The position numbers and the translations under genes are program-made. DNA of 64,000 nucleotides, taken from the NCBI GenBank assembly GCA_964016885.1, contig OZ024740.1, positions 178,002,001 to 178,066,000 on the forward strand. The letters run 5' to 3'. How positions within the stretch are numbered: the stretch's first letter is position 1; the number at the start of each line of letters is the position of its first letter. The notes under the pieces were generated by a model. The model did no database searches and was not told where the DNA came from. It saw nothing but the letters and a program-made list of their open reading frames with translations. Source of the stretch: Eledone cirrhosa. Its lineage: Eukaryota. Shown here piece by piece: positions 25,627-39,529 of this stretch.

Positions 25627-26423
25627 CTGGATGTTACATGGCAGTGAGACTTGGGCATTGTGTGCAGAGGATATACGCAGACTGGAGAGGAACGAAGCTT
25701 GCATGCTCCACTGGATGTGTAATAGTAATATACGTGAACGGCAAAGCATAAACGAACTAAGGGAGAAATTAGGAATAAGTGGGATCAGATGTTGTTTACT
25801 CGAGCGAAAACTATGTTGGTACGGTCACGTGATGCGCATGAAAGACGACAGCTGTATAAAAAAGTGCAGGGCGATAAAAATAGACGGTACCCACGGAGTA
25901 GGCAGACCCAGAAAAACCTGGGACGACTTGATAAATTCCGACCTCACACACTTACACCTCTCCAAGACAATGTCACTGGACCGAGATCTTTGGCGCTACA
26001 CAGTGATACAGAAGACCTGCCTTGCCTAAGTACAAAGTGAAACCTACAGTCAGTAGGCACCTCTAACAAAAATACACCCCCGTCCCACTACCCCCACCCC
26101 ATGCACACCACCCCTTTCGATGTAAAGTTATGTTGGTACCACATCTAGTCCGAAATAAATGAGGTCATGTAGGTGTCACAAAAAAAAAACACACACAGTC
26201 CACGCTGTAATGTGGTCGTGTAGGTAACACGGTAAAAACCTCCCAGTCCACACTGTAAACGTGGTTGGTGTTAGGAAGGGCATCCAGCCGTAGAAAACCC
26301 GCCAGACAGTCCTATGCGAGCAAGACAACCAATCTTGCCTCAAGTGGGAAAATTCCCGTCCAAACCCATGCAAGCGTGGAAGATGGATGTTAAACGATGA
26401 TGATGATGATGATGATGATGATG
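25627..26423 (+). mobile_element. RTE subfamily B, 5'-truncated, long 3'UTR, (GAT)n tail
   Basis: MLHGSETW...GRPRKTW; near-identical to reverse complement of 55880-56800. Confidence 0.92.
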
Positions 26424-27859
26424 TATAAATGGAAGATAAAGAAGAGAAAAGAATATATAAATATATGGGAGAAAGAGAGAGTAAGAAATGTTTAAAACAG
26501 TGAAAGAGATAAAGAGAAAAAAGAATGAAAGAAAGAGGTAAAGAGGTATGCACATACTCTCACGACTTGAATAACACCCCCTCTCCCCTTATTAATTTTT
26601 CAGATTTTTTTTCCAAATGCTTATTAAATTTTGTTAATCTATCTCCAGCGAAATTTTATTGTAAGTAATTCATATTGATAAAACTGGAGAATCTAATAAT
26701 AATTTTATTTTATATTAAAAAATCATTATATATGACAAAAAAGAACAGTACGAGAAATCTCATATTTACGAACATACAATATACAATTACCAATTTTCCC
26801 CCTCCCCCATTTATTCCAACCCCCTGCTAATAAGAATTTAAGCTAATGTCCAACTCCCCAGCTTATTCCAACCCCCGCTCCACTATTATTTGTGACCTGA
26901 GAGTATCTATAAAGAGGTATGTACAGAGATGTACATACATAACTGAAATCATCATCCTCAATTCATATCTATTTGTCCCTGTTAGCAGGGATTGGATGGT
27001 CATCACCAACCAGATAAGTTGAGAGCCCACAACTTTACATATGTTATTGCCTTCTACAGTGTGCATTTTGTACATTTCATCATGGAACTAAGGAGGTTGT
27101 CATGACTTTAATACAGCTGAATAGTCCTTCCAATTGTTTGTTTGGTAGGTTTTCTATGGCTAGATGCCTTTCCTATGACCAACCATCGTACATACTTACA
27201 CATACATATACATATTCATATATATATAAACATATATTTATGTGTGTGTGTGTGTTGAGTCAATGAAGGATCGGCTATCTACCAGAAATAGGATAACAGT
27301 ATAATTTAGTCTTAGATACAATATACTAGAATTGAGAGAGAAGTTCAATTAGTCAAACTAATGAGAACAAATACTTCACTCCTCATGGCAATTGAACTTA
27401 TTGACTTCTTCAACAAACTGGATTAATTGTTGCCAACATGGACTATATCACTAATTGCTTCAGATTTTAGATATTACCTTGCTACATTATACTTTTAAAA
27501 GAAAATGAGATGGTCAATGTGGAGTACCTTTGATCAAACAGTTCCTCAATCAGGGATGTCCCAAGGCCAAAGCAACAATAACAACAGCAACAATAATATA
27601 TATAACTGCATCAGCTACAGTGTTTTATACAGTCACAGTTATTCATGCCTAGACTAATTATGAGCTCACAAGTTTCCTCTAATTGCTGCCTATTGTCTAA
27701 AATATGGTAAAACACATATTGGATAATGTAATAATAGACACATTATCTCTCAAAAAATAAAACATATAAATAAAATAGAATAAAAAAATATCACAACAGT
27801 CAGAGCTGGAAAGCTGGATGAAGTCTGCCTCGGGCGAGGGGTGTTGCGAAGGTCCAAAT

Positions 27860-28258
27860 GATACATATTATATATAGATATAGTAAAATAAAAATATATA
27901 TATTTATTTATACATAGTATATATTGTATTATTTATTATATAGGGCGGTGGATTGGCAGTATCGGTAGAGGGTCGGACGCCATGCTTTGACGCATAGAGT
28001 TACGGCCCTTGCCATTCTGAGTTCAATTCCCGGCGCGGTTAACTTTGCCTTTCATCCTTATGAGGTCGATAAAATAAAGTACCAGTAATACACTGGGTAA
28101 TTGCTGGCCTTGTGCCAAAAGTAGAAACAATTATTTATTATATATTATTTACAATTTGCGTGTAGGCAGGTCTCTCTGGAAATAGGATTGAGGGGTGCTG
28201 AGGGTATTATGTAGCCGTGAGGATGGGGGAGGGGTCCCAAAAGTTTGAGAACCTCTGC
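27860..28258. mobile_element. hAT-like MITE right portion (ends TTTGAGAACCTCTG), interrupted by a SINE family 1 copy at 27943-28129
   Basis: SINE flanked by 15-bp TSD ATTATTTATTATATA (27928-27942, 28130-28144); host element also present split at 48200-48244 and 50248-50373. Confidence 0.7.
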
Positions 28259-29090
28259 CCTAAGCTGTAGGAAATTTGAGGCTCTTCTCTATAAAAGATT
28301 TGAATGCTGGACTGGAAACTTTCTTTAAAGTTTTAAATCTGCAAAAACACTATACGCATTTCATTGGTCTAGTTTCATCATCCGATCATGATGAAAGAGT
28401 TAGGTGATTTCATCAGTTGTTGATTGCAGAATTAGTTAAATAAGAGAACAGGATTATGGGGATGGTTTGCTGTTAGAATACACTAAATTGGTAAGCCATC
28501 ATTGAACCAAAAATCCTGTTTTCTATTTGTGTTCAACGTAATCCTGTTATATAACTAATTCTGCATTCAACACCTGATGAAATTGCCTTAGTCTTGCATC
28601 AGGATCAGATGATGAAACTGGTCTATTCAAATATGTATAGTGATTTTGCGGGATTAAAATTTTAAAGAAAGTTTTCAATCCGGCCTTCTGTAGTTTTTAA
28701 TTAATTTTTAATTCCATTCCTACACCAGCCACAGGATACCACATCTAGGATGAATGATTTGCATAACGTGAGTGCTTTAATTTATTGCATCATCATTTAC
28801 TAACCAGAATCCTCAGTTCTACCTATTGGCAAACAACATAACAAATGGTATATATATATATATATATTTATATAAGTTTTGATGATTTATTGTTAAAGAT
28901 TAATGATAAAATAAACGTGTATTCTTAAAAAATGAGGCTCCCGAGGGTCTATGGCCCTAAGGGATAGCTTATTTCACTCATTGGCAAGTCCAGCACTGAA
29001 CTAAGCTATAACAACAACAAATACAGTAATGAAACCAATGATTTTTTTCAAAAGTTGAATGAAAGTAATATGAAAAAATATTGGACTCAC

Positions 29091-29295
29091 TTGGAGAACA
29101 AACAACTGTTAATACTTCCTTTTCATTTGGTTTCAGAACATGACCAATGAATCCCTCTCTTGTTAACTCAATAGTCTCGCCAAATTGATTGATAATTTTA
29201 ATAACATCTTTATTGTCCCCAGTCTCAAATACACTTAAGTCAAGATCCCATCGAAGGTTCAGGCTAGTTTTATTTTCAACAACAATATCTTCAGA
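29091..29295 (-). CDS. CFAP47: CFAP47-like exon SEDIVVENKTSLNLRWDLDL...LKPNEKEVLTVVCSP
   Basis: ctttctag acceptor, GTGAGT donor; 205 nt, phase 0 to 1. Confidence 0.88.
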
Positions 29296-29539
29296 CTAGA
29301 AAGTAAAAAATAAATAAAACAATTAAGAAAGGGAGTAGCCGCCTTCTTCTTCTTCTTCTTCTTCACTGAGGGGGTTGTGGGGGAAGAGTCTTTAAAGACT
29401 CCATCCAGCAGGTCCTGTTAAAAGCAACCATCTTCAACTGATCCGACTGGATCCCCAAGCAAGACCAGCCAAGCTCATAGATGTTATCCAACCATCTTGC
29501 TCAGGGTTGTGAAGCAAATTTCTTAACCATCCAGTCATG

Positions 29540-29838
29540 CCTAAAAGTCTAAGTCTAAAGTCTGTGTTAAGCCAGAAAGCTCATTAGGATGGTGCTTATC
29601 CCGGTTTCATGGCATGAAGTGACTGAGGTTACAAGACCTCCCCCTGGACAGTATACCAGTCCATTGCAGGGTTAAACTTCCAGCTATTGCTGGTATTCAT
29701 TTTCAGCTGAGTATATTGGAACAACGTGAAATTAAGTGTTTTGCTCAAGAACACAGCATGCAACCCAACCCAGGAATTGAACCCACAACATTATGATCGT
29801 AAGTCCAACACCCTTACCACTAGGCCACGTGCCTCCAC
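29540..29838 (-). mobile_element. V-domain-like SINE family 3, full length
   Basis: Head TGGAGGCACGTGGCCTAGTGGTAAGG, B-box GGTTCAATTCC, TTAGAC tail. Confidence 0.8.
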
Positions 29839-30967
29839 TTCAGTCATGCAATATCCATATATTTCTCATAAAGCTTTTAGGTTAGACTCATGGGACATTT
29901 ATGTCCCATCAATCTTGAAAGTGTTAAACGTATATCAGTAAACGTAATAACAATTTATCGATACAAACACCATCTCAATAATTTAGTTAATTAATATATG
30001 ACACCAATGAATGTACTGATATGCAAATGGGTAAAATTAGTGCCTATCATTTATAGCATTTTTGTAAGTAGTTATAATCTGCTGTATCTCTCTATGGGAA
30101 ACTAATGAAATAGACTTTTCTGATGAACTGACAATAACCAAGCAAAACTTGCCAAGTTGTCCTTTGGTTTATTTTGCAGAGAAAGAGGGGGAGTGTGTGT
30201 GTGTGAGAGAGAGAGAGAGGGGGAGTGAGAGAGAGAGAGAGAGAGAGACAGATTTGTGATTTAACACAATAAGCTCTATTAACATGACAAGGCTAAATGT
30301 ATGTTTTTAAACATATACATGCTTACAAACTTATTTATATTATAAGTAAATCATGTGTACCTGGTTTAGAATAGGCACACTATATCCCTGAGTGTTGTAA
30401 AAACAACTAGAAGGGATAGCGTCAGGGAGAGCATCCAGCTGTAAAATATTGCATCAACAAGTTTTGTCCAGCTCATGCCAGCATGAAAAAAATGATGATG
30501 AGGATAATGATATATAAATTTGTAAATAAACTTAGATGTGCATGTTTAATAAATCTATATATAGCCTCAGTATGCAAAAGGACTCTGTAGTCAAACCAGA
30601 GATTTGTATAACAGAGTGAAGAACAATTCTAATTATGCTGAGCATTACCAGTTCTTTAGTAATATTTACTTCATCCTATCTACAGAGAGACAATATAGCT
30701 TATGGTTGTGTGGTTAAGAATTTCACTTTTCTATCACACGATTTGTCATTCTATCTCACTGTGTGGGCCATGAGCAGTATCTTCTATTATAGCTTTGGGT
30801 TGACCAATACCTTGTGAGTCCATACTATTGAAAGTATTTGAACTATATCTTTTATTTGAAGATACTTTTCTCCCTCCAACCAGTCTTAAAAGCCTCCAAA
30901 AGGGTGATGAGCATTGCCCTCCCTTCCTTGAGAAAATGGTATAAAAGTAAAATAAATAATGGCTTAC

Positions 30968-31240
30968 TAATTTCTGTTTTGCCATGAGTGACACTTTGTG
31001 GTAAGGGAAGATAAAGCTGAATTGAAGTTTGTATGATGATAGTTCAAAAATAGGTCTCAGCCCACTGGCAATGACTCTTCGCCTAGGGGTGGAAATCTGG
31101 ACATAATTGGAGCGATTGGCAAACTGTCTCTTGGTAGTGAAAGAGGTATCACTGGATACTGGTGTTGAGGAGTGAGGGGGTGGTGTTGGTGCTGCAGTAT
31201 GGTTGATGAACACTGGCATCAGGAAATTGTAGGCAGCTAC
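30968..31240 (-). CDS. CFAP47: CFAP47-like exon VAAYNFLMPVFINHTAAP...RRVIASGLRPIFELSS...KQKL
   Basis: gttttag acceptor, GTAAGC donor; 273 nt, phase 0 to 0. Confidence 0.88.
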
Positions 31241-32244
31241 CTAAAACATTCAAGTGACAAGAAAAAAAAAAGATTAAAAGACAGAATATTTCTTAGATGA
31301 TGAACAAGCAAAGTCATTAGAACAATGCATAGACAGCCTTGCAGTAAATGTTCTGGCCCTTTACACTGAATTCAAATCTCACTGTGGTCAACTTTGCCTT
31401 TCATCCTTTCATGCTCTATAAAATAATGTACCAGTCTTGAGCAGTGGATTGGCACTTAGAAAGAAAAGAGCTAGAACAAAGATCACAAGGCATCCCATTT
31501 GATGCTCTGAATATTTCCACATAGCCCACCATTCTAGACTGACACTTTATTTTATACACCTCAGATAGATGAAAGCTAAGTTGATCTTGATAGGGGTTTG
31601 AATTCAAGGAGTTAGAATAAAAACCATAAATTATGTTGTCCAACACACTGCCAATGTTATTGTTTCTGTTTGAGGCAATGAAGTAGTCTCTATATGGTAA
31701 CTCAACCTGCCAAATTTCCCTCTAATTACAACCTTTCATGTCAGATTGTTTAATGTATTCTTTGATACAATATGTCTGGAAATAAGATGGAGTTTACAGA
31801 AAACCTTTTTTATTCTTGAGTCAAGAGATTCATCAATCTGAAGCTTATCTCAGTTTCATTGGCTTTAAATAACTGAGAATAGTTAGGCTACATAGACAAC
31901 AAATCTACTCAATCAGAGCTGATTTGGGGCTAAGTAACAGCAGTAGCAACATATTTCTGTTATTTTAACCGTACTAATATATTTTCACTAAATGATTCAC
32001 CAATCACATACTAGAAGCAGGATACATTACTCAACTACTGCCATACACAACAAAATATTTTACAACAGTTTGATTTTTGCAATGAGGTCTAAACCAATGA
32101 AAATCAGAATATTCAAATATAATTTCTTACAAAGCATCGATGCCACAATTTTGTTGCAGAATGATACAGTCAATAGGACATGCATAGATTCTCAAATACT
32201 GAGGCATGTTTAATCAGACACCCTAAAAACTCAACCAATTCCTC

Positions 32245-32830
32245 AGCTATATGTAGATATAATAGTGTAAAATATATTCCAATACTGGCCACATATGTAG
32301 ATATAATAGTTAGTATATCATACATGTGTAGATATAATAATAGTTTCTGATTTAGGCACAAGGCAAGCAATTTGGGTGGGGGAAGACCAAGTTGATTAAA
32401 CTGACCCTAGTGCATTACTGGGTACTTTATTTATCAACCCTCATAAGGACGAAAATCAAAGTTAGCCTCTGCAGAGTTTGAACTACTGTGTATATGTAAT
32501 AAAAGTATGTAATCTACTTTGAAATACTGGTCACCAAGTTAGTTATAAATATTAGTTTTATGAAATATATTGAAATATTGACCACATATGTAGATACAAT
32601 AATAATGTAAAATATATTGAAATACTGATCATGTCTGGAGACTTTTGTAAAACACATTCAAATACTGACGACATATGTAGATATGTCAGTAGTATAAAAT
32701 ATATTCAAATATGAACTACATATGCATATATAATAGTATAAAAGACATATATTTAAATACAAATATACATATATAAATATAGATGCTAGTAATGTAAAAT
32801 ATATTCAAGTACTGACTACATATATAGAGA
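32245..32830. repeat. Degenerate ~45 bp AT-rich minisatellite interrupted by an old SINE (32343-32485)
   Basis: Recurrent AAAATATATT.AAATACTG.CCACATATGTAGATA unit. Confidence 0.7.
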
Positions 32831-33043
32831 AAAATATTCTTTTATATTCCTTAAGTTTTTTGTTAATATTCAATCAAAAAAGTTTTCTGACTATGTAATG
32901 CACTGGAAAGTGGAACGGGAGTGTACCGAAAAGTGGGGTGGGGGAAAATACAGGAAAATATGGTGAGGAGTAAACATTAAATAAAGACCTGCATATTTCT
33001 TCTCTTTCTCATTTCTGCTTTCCAAATAAAACCAGAAAATTAC

Positions 33044-33144
33044 CTCTGATGGCTCAAACACTATTTTTCCTTCAATTTTGGTCATTCCATTCATGTGTAT
33101 AGAATACATGCCAGAACCTTCACTTTCCTGGTACTCAGTTTCTT
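33044..33144 (-). CDS. CFAP47: CFAP47-like exon EETEYQESEGSGMYSIHMNGMTKIEGKIVFEPSE
   Basis: ttttcag acceptor, GTAAT donor; 101 nt, phase 1 to 0. Confidence 0.85.
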
Positions 33145-34744
33145 CTGAAAAATAAAAGACAAAAAATAAAAAATAAACAGTAACAAGAAAACACATTTTA
33201 TGAAGAAAAATGCATTGTTTTCTTCTGTACCTCAGCCAATAGCATGATCCTGGAACATTTTACAAATTAATTTCATTCTTCCAAGAGAATCACATACAAC
33301 ACTCTGGTGAGAATATCTATTTCTCACATATCCACAGAGCCACATAGTGTAGTGTGAATTATATGTACACCAATGTTTGACCGGTACTATATTATACTAA
33401 CCCCAAACCATAAAAGATTGTAACTAAAAATGCAAGCATTTTGTGAGGTTCTTTATCAATTCTGCCATCTACCATCCTCTCAATGTTACTGGATATTAAA
33501 ATGAGATATTGTTAAAGTATCTTAAATCCTATCGACAAATTACTTACTGATTTATGTATCTTTCTTTTACCATGACTATATTGTGACTCATTGTGGAACC
33601 AATGAGGGAGTTTTATGTGTTCAATGAATTTGGTAGAAATAGCAGCCAAATTGCCCTCAAATCATACCCTTTGGTCTTCAAAAAATGAAAGGGCAGATTA
33701 CATGATGTAGTCCTAGATAGACTGCATCTTAAAAATGATGAGGTTGTCATAGATGGAATATATAAGATCTTAATTCAGCTCAATAACAACTATTCATTAA
33801 CTAGGCAATATTGCTTCAACTAAATACTAGTGCATGACTAAAATCAAGAAATACATACAAGCTCTGTCGGATACAATATCTGACCTTAGGCTGGGAAAAC
33901 ATATGTACTTGGAAGGTTTCAAAATGCTAATCCTCGTTTAAGTAGCCCCTTTGTGCCTCCATACACTTAGCTCAGTGATCCTTCCTCTGTTCGAGGCATG
34001 TCTGGAATACCTCTTCCAGAATGACTCTTAGCTCCACTGTTGCAATTTGCATGATATCTCACAGTAGGAGACTTTCAGTGGTAGTTGAAGAAAATAGTCA
34101 GCAGCACTATTATTTTACTATGCATTCATGTAATTTTGGGTGCCTTGGCAAATTAATTCTTCCACCAAGATGAATTAGCTTTAGTTTCCAGGTCCTACCC
34201 ATACACCCATCCAGTTAGCATGGTATTCAGGAACTTAGGATCCTTGCTGGTAGTTTCAAACATAAAATGCATCCAAAAACCCAGTCTAACCTGTCAGTTT
34301 TGGTGCACCCAGTCCATGCTGTAAATGTGGTTGGTTTTAGGAAATGCATCCAGCCATAAAAGCCAAGCCTGAAACAGTTTTGTGTGAGCAAGACAACTCA
34401 TCTAACACATGTTAGCATGGAAAAATAGACATTAAACTGTGATGATGATGATGATGATGATGAGGATCACATTATCAATTGTGTCCCTTTTCTCAAGTCA
34501 AGGTAGTTCAATGTGATTTGAGGGAGATTTTGGCCCTATTTCTAGCATATCAAGGAAACTTGTTAAGAATTTTACTGTAAGTCTCTCGTCTGAAGATATC
34601 AAGATATACTAGTTCCTATTTTAGTAACTTGTTAGATATGGTTTCTTCCCCTCTTTACTCCAACAATCATGAAGACATGGGCAATCATCTTTCTTGATTA
34701 AACTACGAAAAAAAAAAAAAGCAACAAACAAACACAAATTTCAC

Positions 34745-34826
34745 CTTCACTATTTGGAACATCAAAGAATAATTGGAAGTCTGAGTAGCTTGACAAGTCA
34801 AAGTCCACTTGGGTAAAGTTGTTATT
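34745..34826 (-). CDS. CFAP47: CFAP47-like exon NNNFTQVDFDLSSYSDFQLFFDVPNSE
   Basis: ttttacag acceptor, GTGAA donor; 82 nt, phase 0 to 1. Confidence 0.82.
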
Positions 34827-34914
34827 CTGTAAAAGGAAACAAAACACAAATGTCTTTTAATAATCATCATTATCACTGTTATTGTCATTATCATTGTCAT
34901 TGTTGTTGTCATAG

Positions 34915-35237
34915 TCAATCCCGCCGAGGTTAGCTTTGCCTTTCATCCTTACGGGGTTGATAAAATGAAATACCAGTAACGCACTGTGGTCAATTTAATC
35001 GATTTTTCCCTCCCCACAAATTGTTGGCCTTGTGCCTAAATCAGAAACCATTATCTGGCAGTATCAGTAGAGGGTTGGACGCCATGCTTTGATGCATAGA
35101 GTTACGGCCTTTGCCATTCTGAGTTCAAATCCCGCCGAGGTTAACTTTGCCTTTCATCCTTACGGGGGTCGATAAAATAAAGTACCAGTAATGTACTGGG
35201 TAATTGCTGGCCTTGTGCCAATAGTAGAAACAATTAT
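34915..35237 (+). mobile_element. Two tandem SINE family 1 copies (longer-tail variant, then standard)
   Basis: Central domain present twice, at 34920 and 35130. Confidence 0.85.
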
Positions 35238-35831
35238 CTTTTACACCAAATTATCTATGCTAGCATTGCTTAGATGGGTTGTTACAGATAATGTCAGTAT
35301 TTTATTGAAGATACTCTTCCCCTAGATTGGTCAGTGGACGTGACTCAGTCAAAACATTCCATTTTGAAAGGTTTCCAAAGCTGAAGGCCTTTACAGAGTG
35401 TATGGGGTGCTTTTTAACACTGCACCAGAAAGCAATGGCAGAGAAAAACCAAAAAACAAAACCAAAATTGCTTCACTTGATTGGTGGTGGTGGTGATGAG
35501 GATTTTACAAGATAAAAAGGATAGGTTTACACAAACAGAATTGAGAAACACTGTTCAATATAGTTACTCAAACTCCTAGAATTAACAGCCAAATCACTCT
35601 CAAATACATTTTTTTAAAACATGGATTTTTGCTTGTTTGTTCTTTTTTCACACTCTACTGTTAAAATAAAGACAGGAAACATAATAGAAGGTAGCCAAGG
35701 ATGCACAAAACGATGAGATGATCATGTGTGTAACACCTTTGATCAAAGACATGCTCTGTCAAAATGACCTACTAACAACAAAAACATCACTATAAATAAA
35801 TAATGGTAAAAATTGTTGAAATTGATCTTAC

Positions 35832-35900
35832 CTTGTTGATGACACAGAAAGGTACTGTGGCCATTGAACCACAGTAAACACCGCCAAATATAAAACTGGG
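35832..35900 (-). CDS. CFAP47: CFAP47-like exon PSFIFGGVYCGSMATVPFCVINK
   Basis: tttttaaag acceptor, GTAAG donor; 69 nt, phase 0 to 0. Confidence 0.85.
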
Positions 35901-36264
35901 CTTTAAAAATTGAAAAAAGAAATGTATTTAATCATTTATATATTGTTCACAGGATGTTATGTTTATGTTGGTGGTGTATATTCTTAAGAAGGAACTAAAG
36001 CATTGCTTTACCTTATGAAAATTATTTATTTAATTATTTAACCTTTTCTCTGTTTACTATTTGAATAATGTTTTCTTTATTTTTAAGTAACATAAACTTT
36101 TAATGATATAAACGTTTTTACAAAGAGATAGTGTCACTAGTTGGCCAAGGCCAAATTTATAGTGGGGCGGACAAGGCAGGTTTAGGGCCTAGTAAGATAG
36201 ATAGTATCACTAGGTGAGGTTTCTGTCTAACAGATACATGATAGTCCATTTGTTTGCTCCTGCA

Positions 36265-36570
36265 TTGTTTTCACAATATGACACTAGTATATATACTTTT
36301 TTTTTTCACAATATACCACTGATATGTGTATACATTTTTTCACAATGTCCCACTGATATATGTATGTATTTTTTCACAATATTACCACTAGTATATGCAT
36401 ATATTTCTTCACAATATACCATTGATATGTGTATATATTTTTTTCCAATATGTCAGTGGTATATGTAAATATTCTTTTCACAATATACCACTGATATATA
36501 TATACATTTTTTCACCATATGCCATTAGTATATGTATGTTTTTTCATAATATACCACTGTTACATGTATA
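36265..36570. repeat. ~33 bp minisatellite TTTTTCACAATATACCACTGATATGTGTATA, about 9 copies
   Basis: Visible tandem periodicity. Confidence 0.85.
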
Positions 36571-37588
36571 TTAAGTAAATGGATAAACATTGGTTTTGAT
36601 GAGTAATTAGATGTTCACTCAACTCAACTATCTGTTTGTTGAATGTACATGGCTGAGTATTCCACAGACACTAAATCAGCATGCCACAGTGTATGACAAG
36701 GCTAGATCTTTAAATTACAGGTACAATTCATCAGATATGATTCCACACAATTTCTATCTCCCCAATCTTACAAGAATTGTGTCAAACTAAGTTTATGCTA
36801 AGAAAACTTCTCACATGATGCCACACAGTAGGATCAAATCTTGGACCATGTGAATGTGATGTGGACTTCTTAACCACTTGCTTATGCCAGTCATCATCAT
36901 CATTTAATGTCCATTTTTCAATGTTCGCATGGGTTAGACAGATTGTCCCATTGTAAGACAAGTCAGATCAGGTGACCATATCTTCCTCATACAGAACTGT
37001 TTCTGGCTTAGTTTCGATGGCTGGATAGCCTTCCTAATGTCAACCATATTTACAGTGTGGACTGGGTACATTTTACAGTGTCCATGAAAAATGTATTTGA
37101 ACTCACATAAACATAAGCACATACACACACATGCTCATTTACACACAAACACTAACATTGATCTTGTTGGGTGTGCTTCCATATTAATTCTTGTCAACCA
37201 TTAGAGCAGTATCTCTACACAAACCCAGGCTAGTACTGTCACCTATCTGTTTTAGTTCCAGCGAGAGAAAAAAACTTCAGATTTAACACCTCAGCCACAT
37301 GAAAGCTTTTCAGGGAAATATCAAGAATACTTCTTATTTTTTCACTTGGCATTCATTGTTGTTAAACATGAATGAACATCTTAAGTGTCCTAGTTTCTAG
37401 TGCATCTGATGTTATGGTTGTCTACTTAGATGCAAAGTATGTGGAATTATCAAAGAGGTCTTTGGTGAAAGATGTGTAAAAATTTATGATATCAAATTAG
37501 ATAGAATTTACATTGATTTTTACCCTCAATCTGTTTGAATTAATTTATCAGATACCTACACAGCTTTAAGTGTGTGTGTTTTACTTAC

Positions 37589-37798
37589 AACATCAATTTC
37601 AACACAGGGGCTGTTCACAAATCCACCAACGCGCACCGATATGATCTTCCATCCTCGAATGTCCACATCAAGGTTGAAATCAAACTTGACCAGAGATGTC
37701 GGAGTAAATGACAACTTGATTTCTGCTTCTCCTCCAGCAGGAACAATACCATACTGTGGGGTGATAAACATACCTGTCACAGGGTTCTGGTCCATGAC
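37589..37798 (-). CDS. CFAP47: CFAP47-like exon VMDQNPVTGMFITPQYGIVPAGG...PCVEIDV
   Basis: atttcag acceptor, GTAAGT donor; 210 nt, phase 0 to 0. Confidence 0.9.
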
Positions 37799-38562
37799 CT
37801 GAAATTGAGATTATTGAGAGTCACTGCAAGCATAGCAGCAATACCCAGGGGTGCGTATGAGGGGAAGGAGTTAATTGATTTACATTTCTATGTGATGTAA
37901 GCATAGCAGCAGTGCTCGGGGGGTGGGTATAAGGCGTAGGGGAGTCAATGATTTGCAATTCTATGTAAGAACCATATGTAGTTCTGTCATGTTTTGCTAT
38001 TTATATAATGATGACTTTCTCCCCACTTCAATCTCTCTTTTCATTTACTTACACACTACAACCACCATTACTGCCAAATTCTCAAAATAATTTTAGTCAA
38101 TAAATAATATTGTTTTTCTCTCGTACCATAATTATTTCCAATTAGCTTTTTGATGCTCCCTGTTGACACTAAACTAACAATGATTTGGAAAAGCTAAAAT
38201 GCCTTTGACATAGATGTGCTTTACCAAGAGCTGGAAAGCAATAATAATAATTCTTCCTAATTTAGGTACTAGGCCAGAAATTTGGGGAGAAGGGTTATGC
38301 AATTATACAAACCCAGTACTTAAATGATGCATTTTTTATAGAAGCTGGAAGAATGGAAGACAAATATGACCTCAACAGTATTTGAACCCAAAACGTTAAG
38401 AGTCACAACAAATACTGCTAAACATTTGTCTGCTGCTCTAATATTTATGACAACAACTGTGATAAGGTACAGAAACTCCATTTGACATGCATCCACTTCA
38501 TTACAATTAAGAAATTATCCCCCCCCCCCCCCAATAAAAAGGAAGAAAGAGAGAAGGATTAC

Positions 38563-38685
38563 CTTGAAAAAAGCATGGTTGGTGCTTGTGTTAAGTAATG
38601 TGGCTGATTGTTTTGAGGTAAGGTTCACTGGGGCATTCAAGAATGTGATTCGGCGTTCAGAAAACTGCACAGCAGTTAATCCAAT
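38563..38685 (-). CDS. CFAP47: CFAP47-like exon IGLTAVQFSERRITFLNAPVNLTSKQSATLLNTSTNHAFFK
   Basis: tgtgcag acceptor, GTAAT donor; 123 nt, phase 0 to 0. Confidence 0.9.
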
Positions 38686-39026
38686 CTGCACAGACAAATA
38701 TCATTATGGATTAAAATAATAATAAAAATTATGATAATGATAATTATAAGGATTTCTTTACTGGCTGCTATGGCTGAAAGTATTATGGACCATACAACAA
38801 TACAAATAGACAGTAGAAATTTACCTCCTAATACAAGTAAATAGAAAAAACAGATAACAAAGTGACAAATTAATAAAAACAGAAATCTCCAATGGTGTCT
38901 ATGAAAGTATGCAATCCTTTGGAGCCTGAAAGCAAGCAATCCTTTGGTATCCTATCATCTCAGCCACAACATTTTTTTTCAGCCCCAGAGTCCAAAAGCA
39001 AGCAATCTAATAGACTAACAACTTAC

Positions 39027-39157
39027 TTGAGCTCTGCATTCTAATGAGAGCACAGGTCCTCCATGGATGTCAAGTATGAATGTGCCAACTTCAGGAGAGA
39101 TGTAGCTGGGTGACCATGTCACTTCACAATCTAAATCTTGGAATTCCTCAACAGCAC
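39027..39157 (-). CDS. CFAP47: CFAP47-like exon GAVEEFQDLDCEVTWSPSYISPEVGTFILDIHGGPVLSLECRAQ
   Basis: tttacag acceptor, GTAAGT donor; 131 nt, phase 1 to 0. Confidence 0.9.
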
Positions 39158-39529
39158 CTGTAAATGAATGATATATTATATAGTCTGCCTCAGCTGCAAA
39201 GAAGATTATATTACTCAGACAGGTAACATCCAGTTTGACAAGGTTTTTAATAACAACTAAATCTGTATTTTGATAAGTCTTGAGAAAGACAAAAGTGCTT
39301 GATGTATATTATAAATGTTTTATTATTATTATATTGTTTGGTCCAAATGACAAATAGTGTTTTATGACTTCTGACAATTATACATTTTAATTATATGTTA
39401 TGAATGAATGAATATGCATATTCATACCCTATAAATAAATAAGTAAATAAATAAATATATATATATATATATTTTTTAATCATTTTTTACGTCCGCTTTT
39501 CCCTGCTTACAAGATATATATATATATAT

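Noticed and set aside
37826-37968. ~71-bp tandem duplication near the 37799 acceptor
   Set aside because: Diverged two-copy duplication with no evident functional signal
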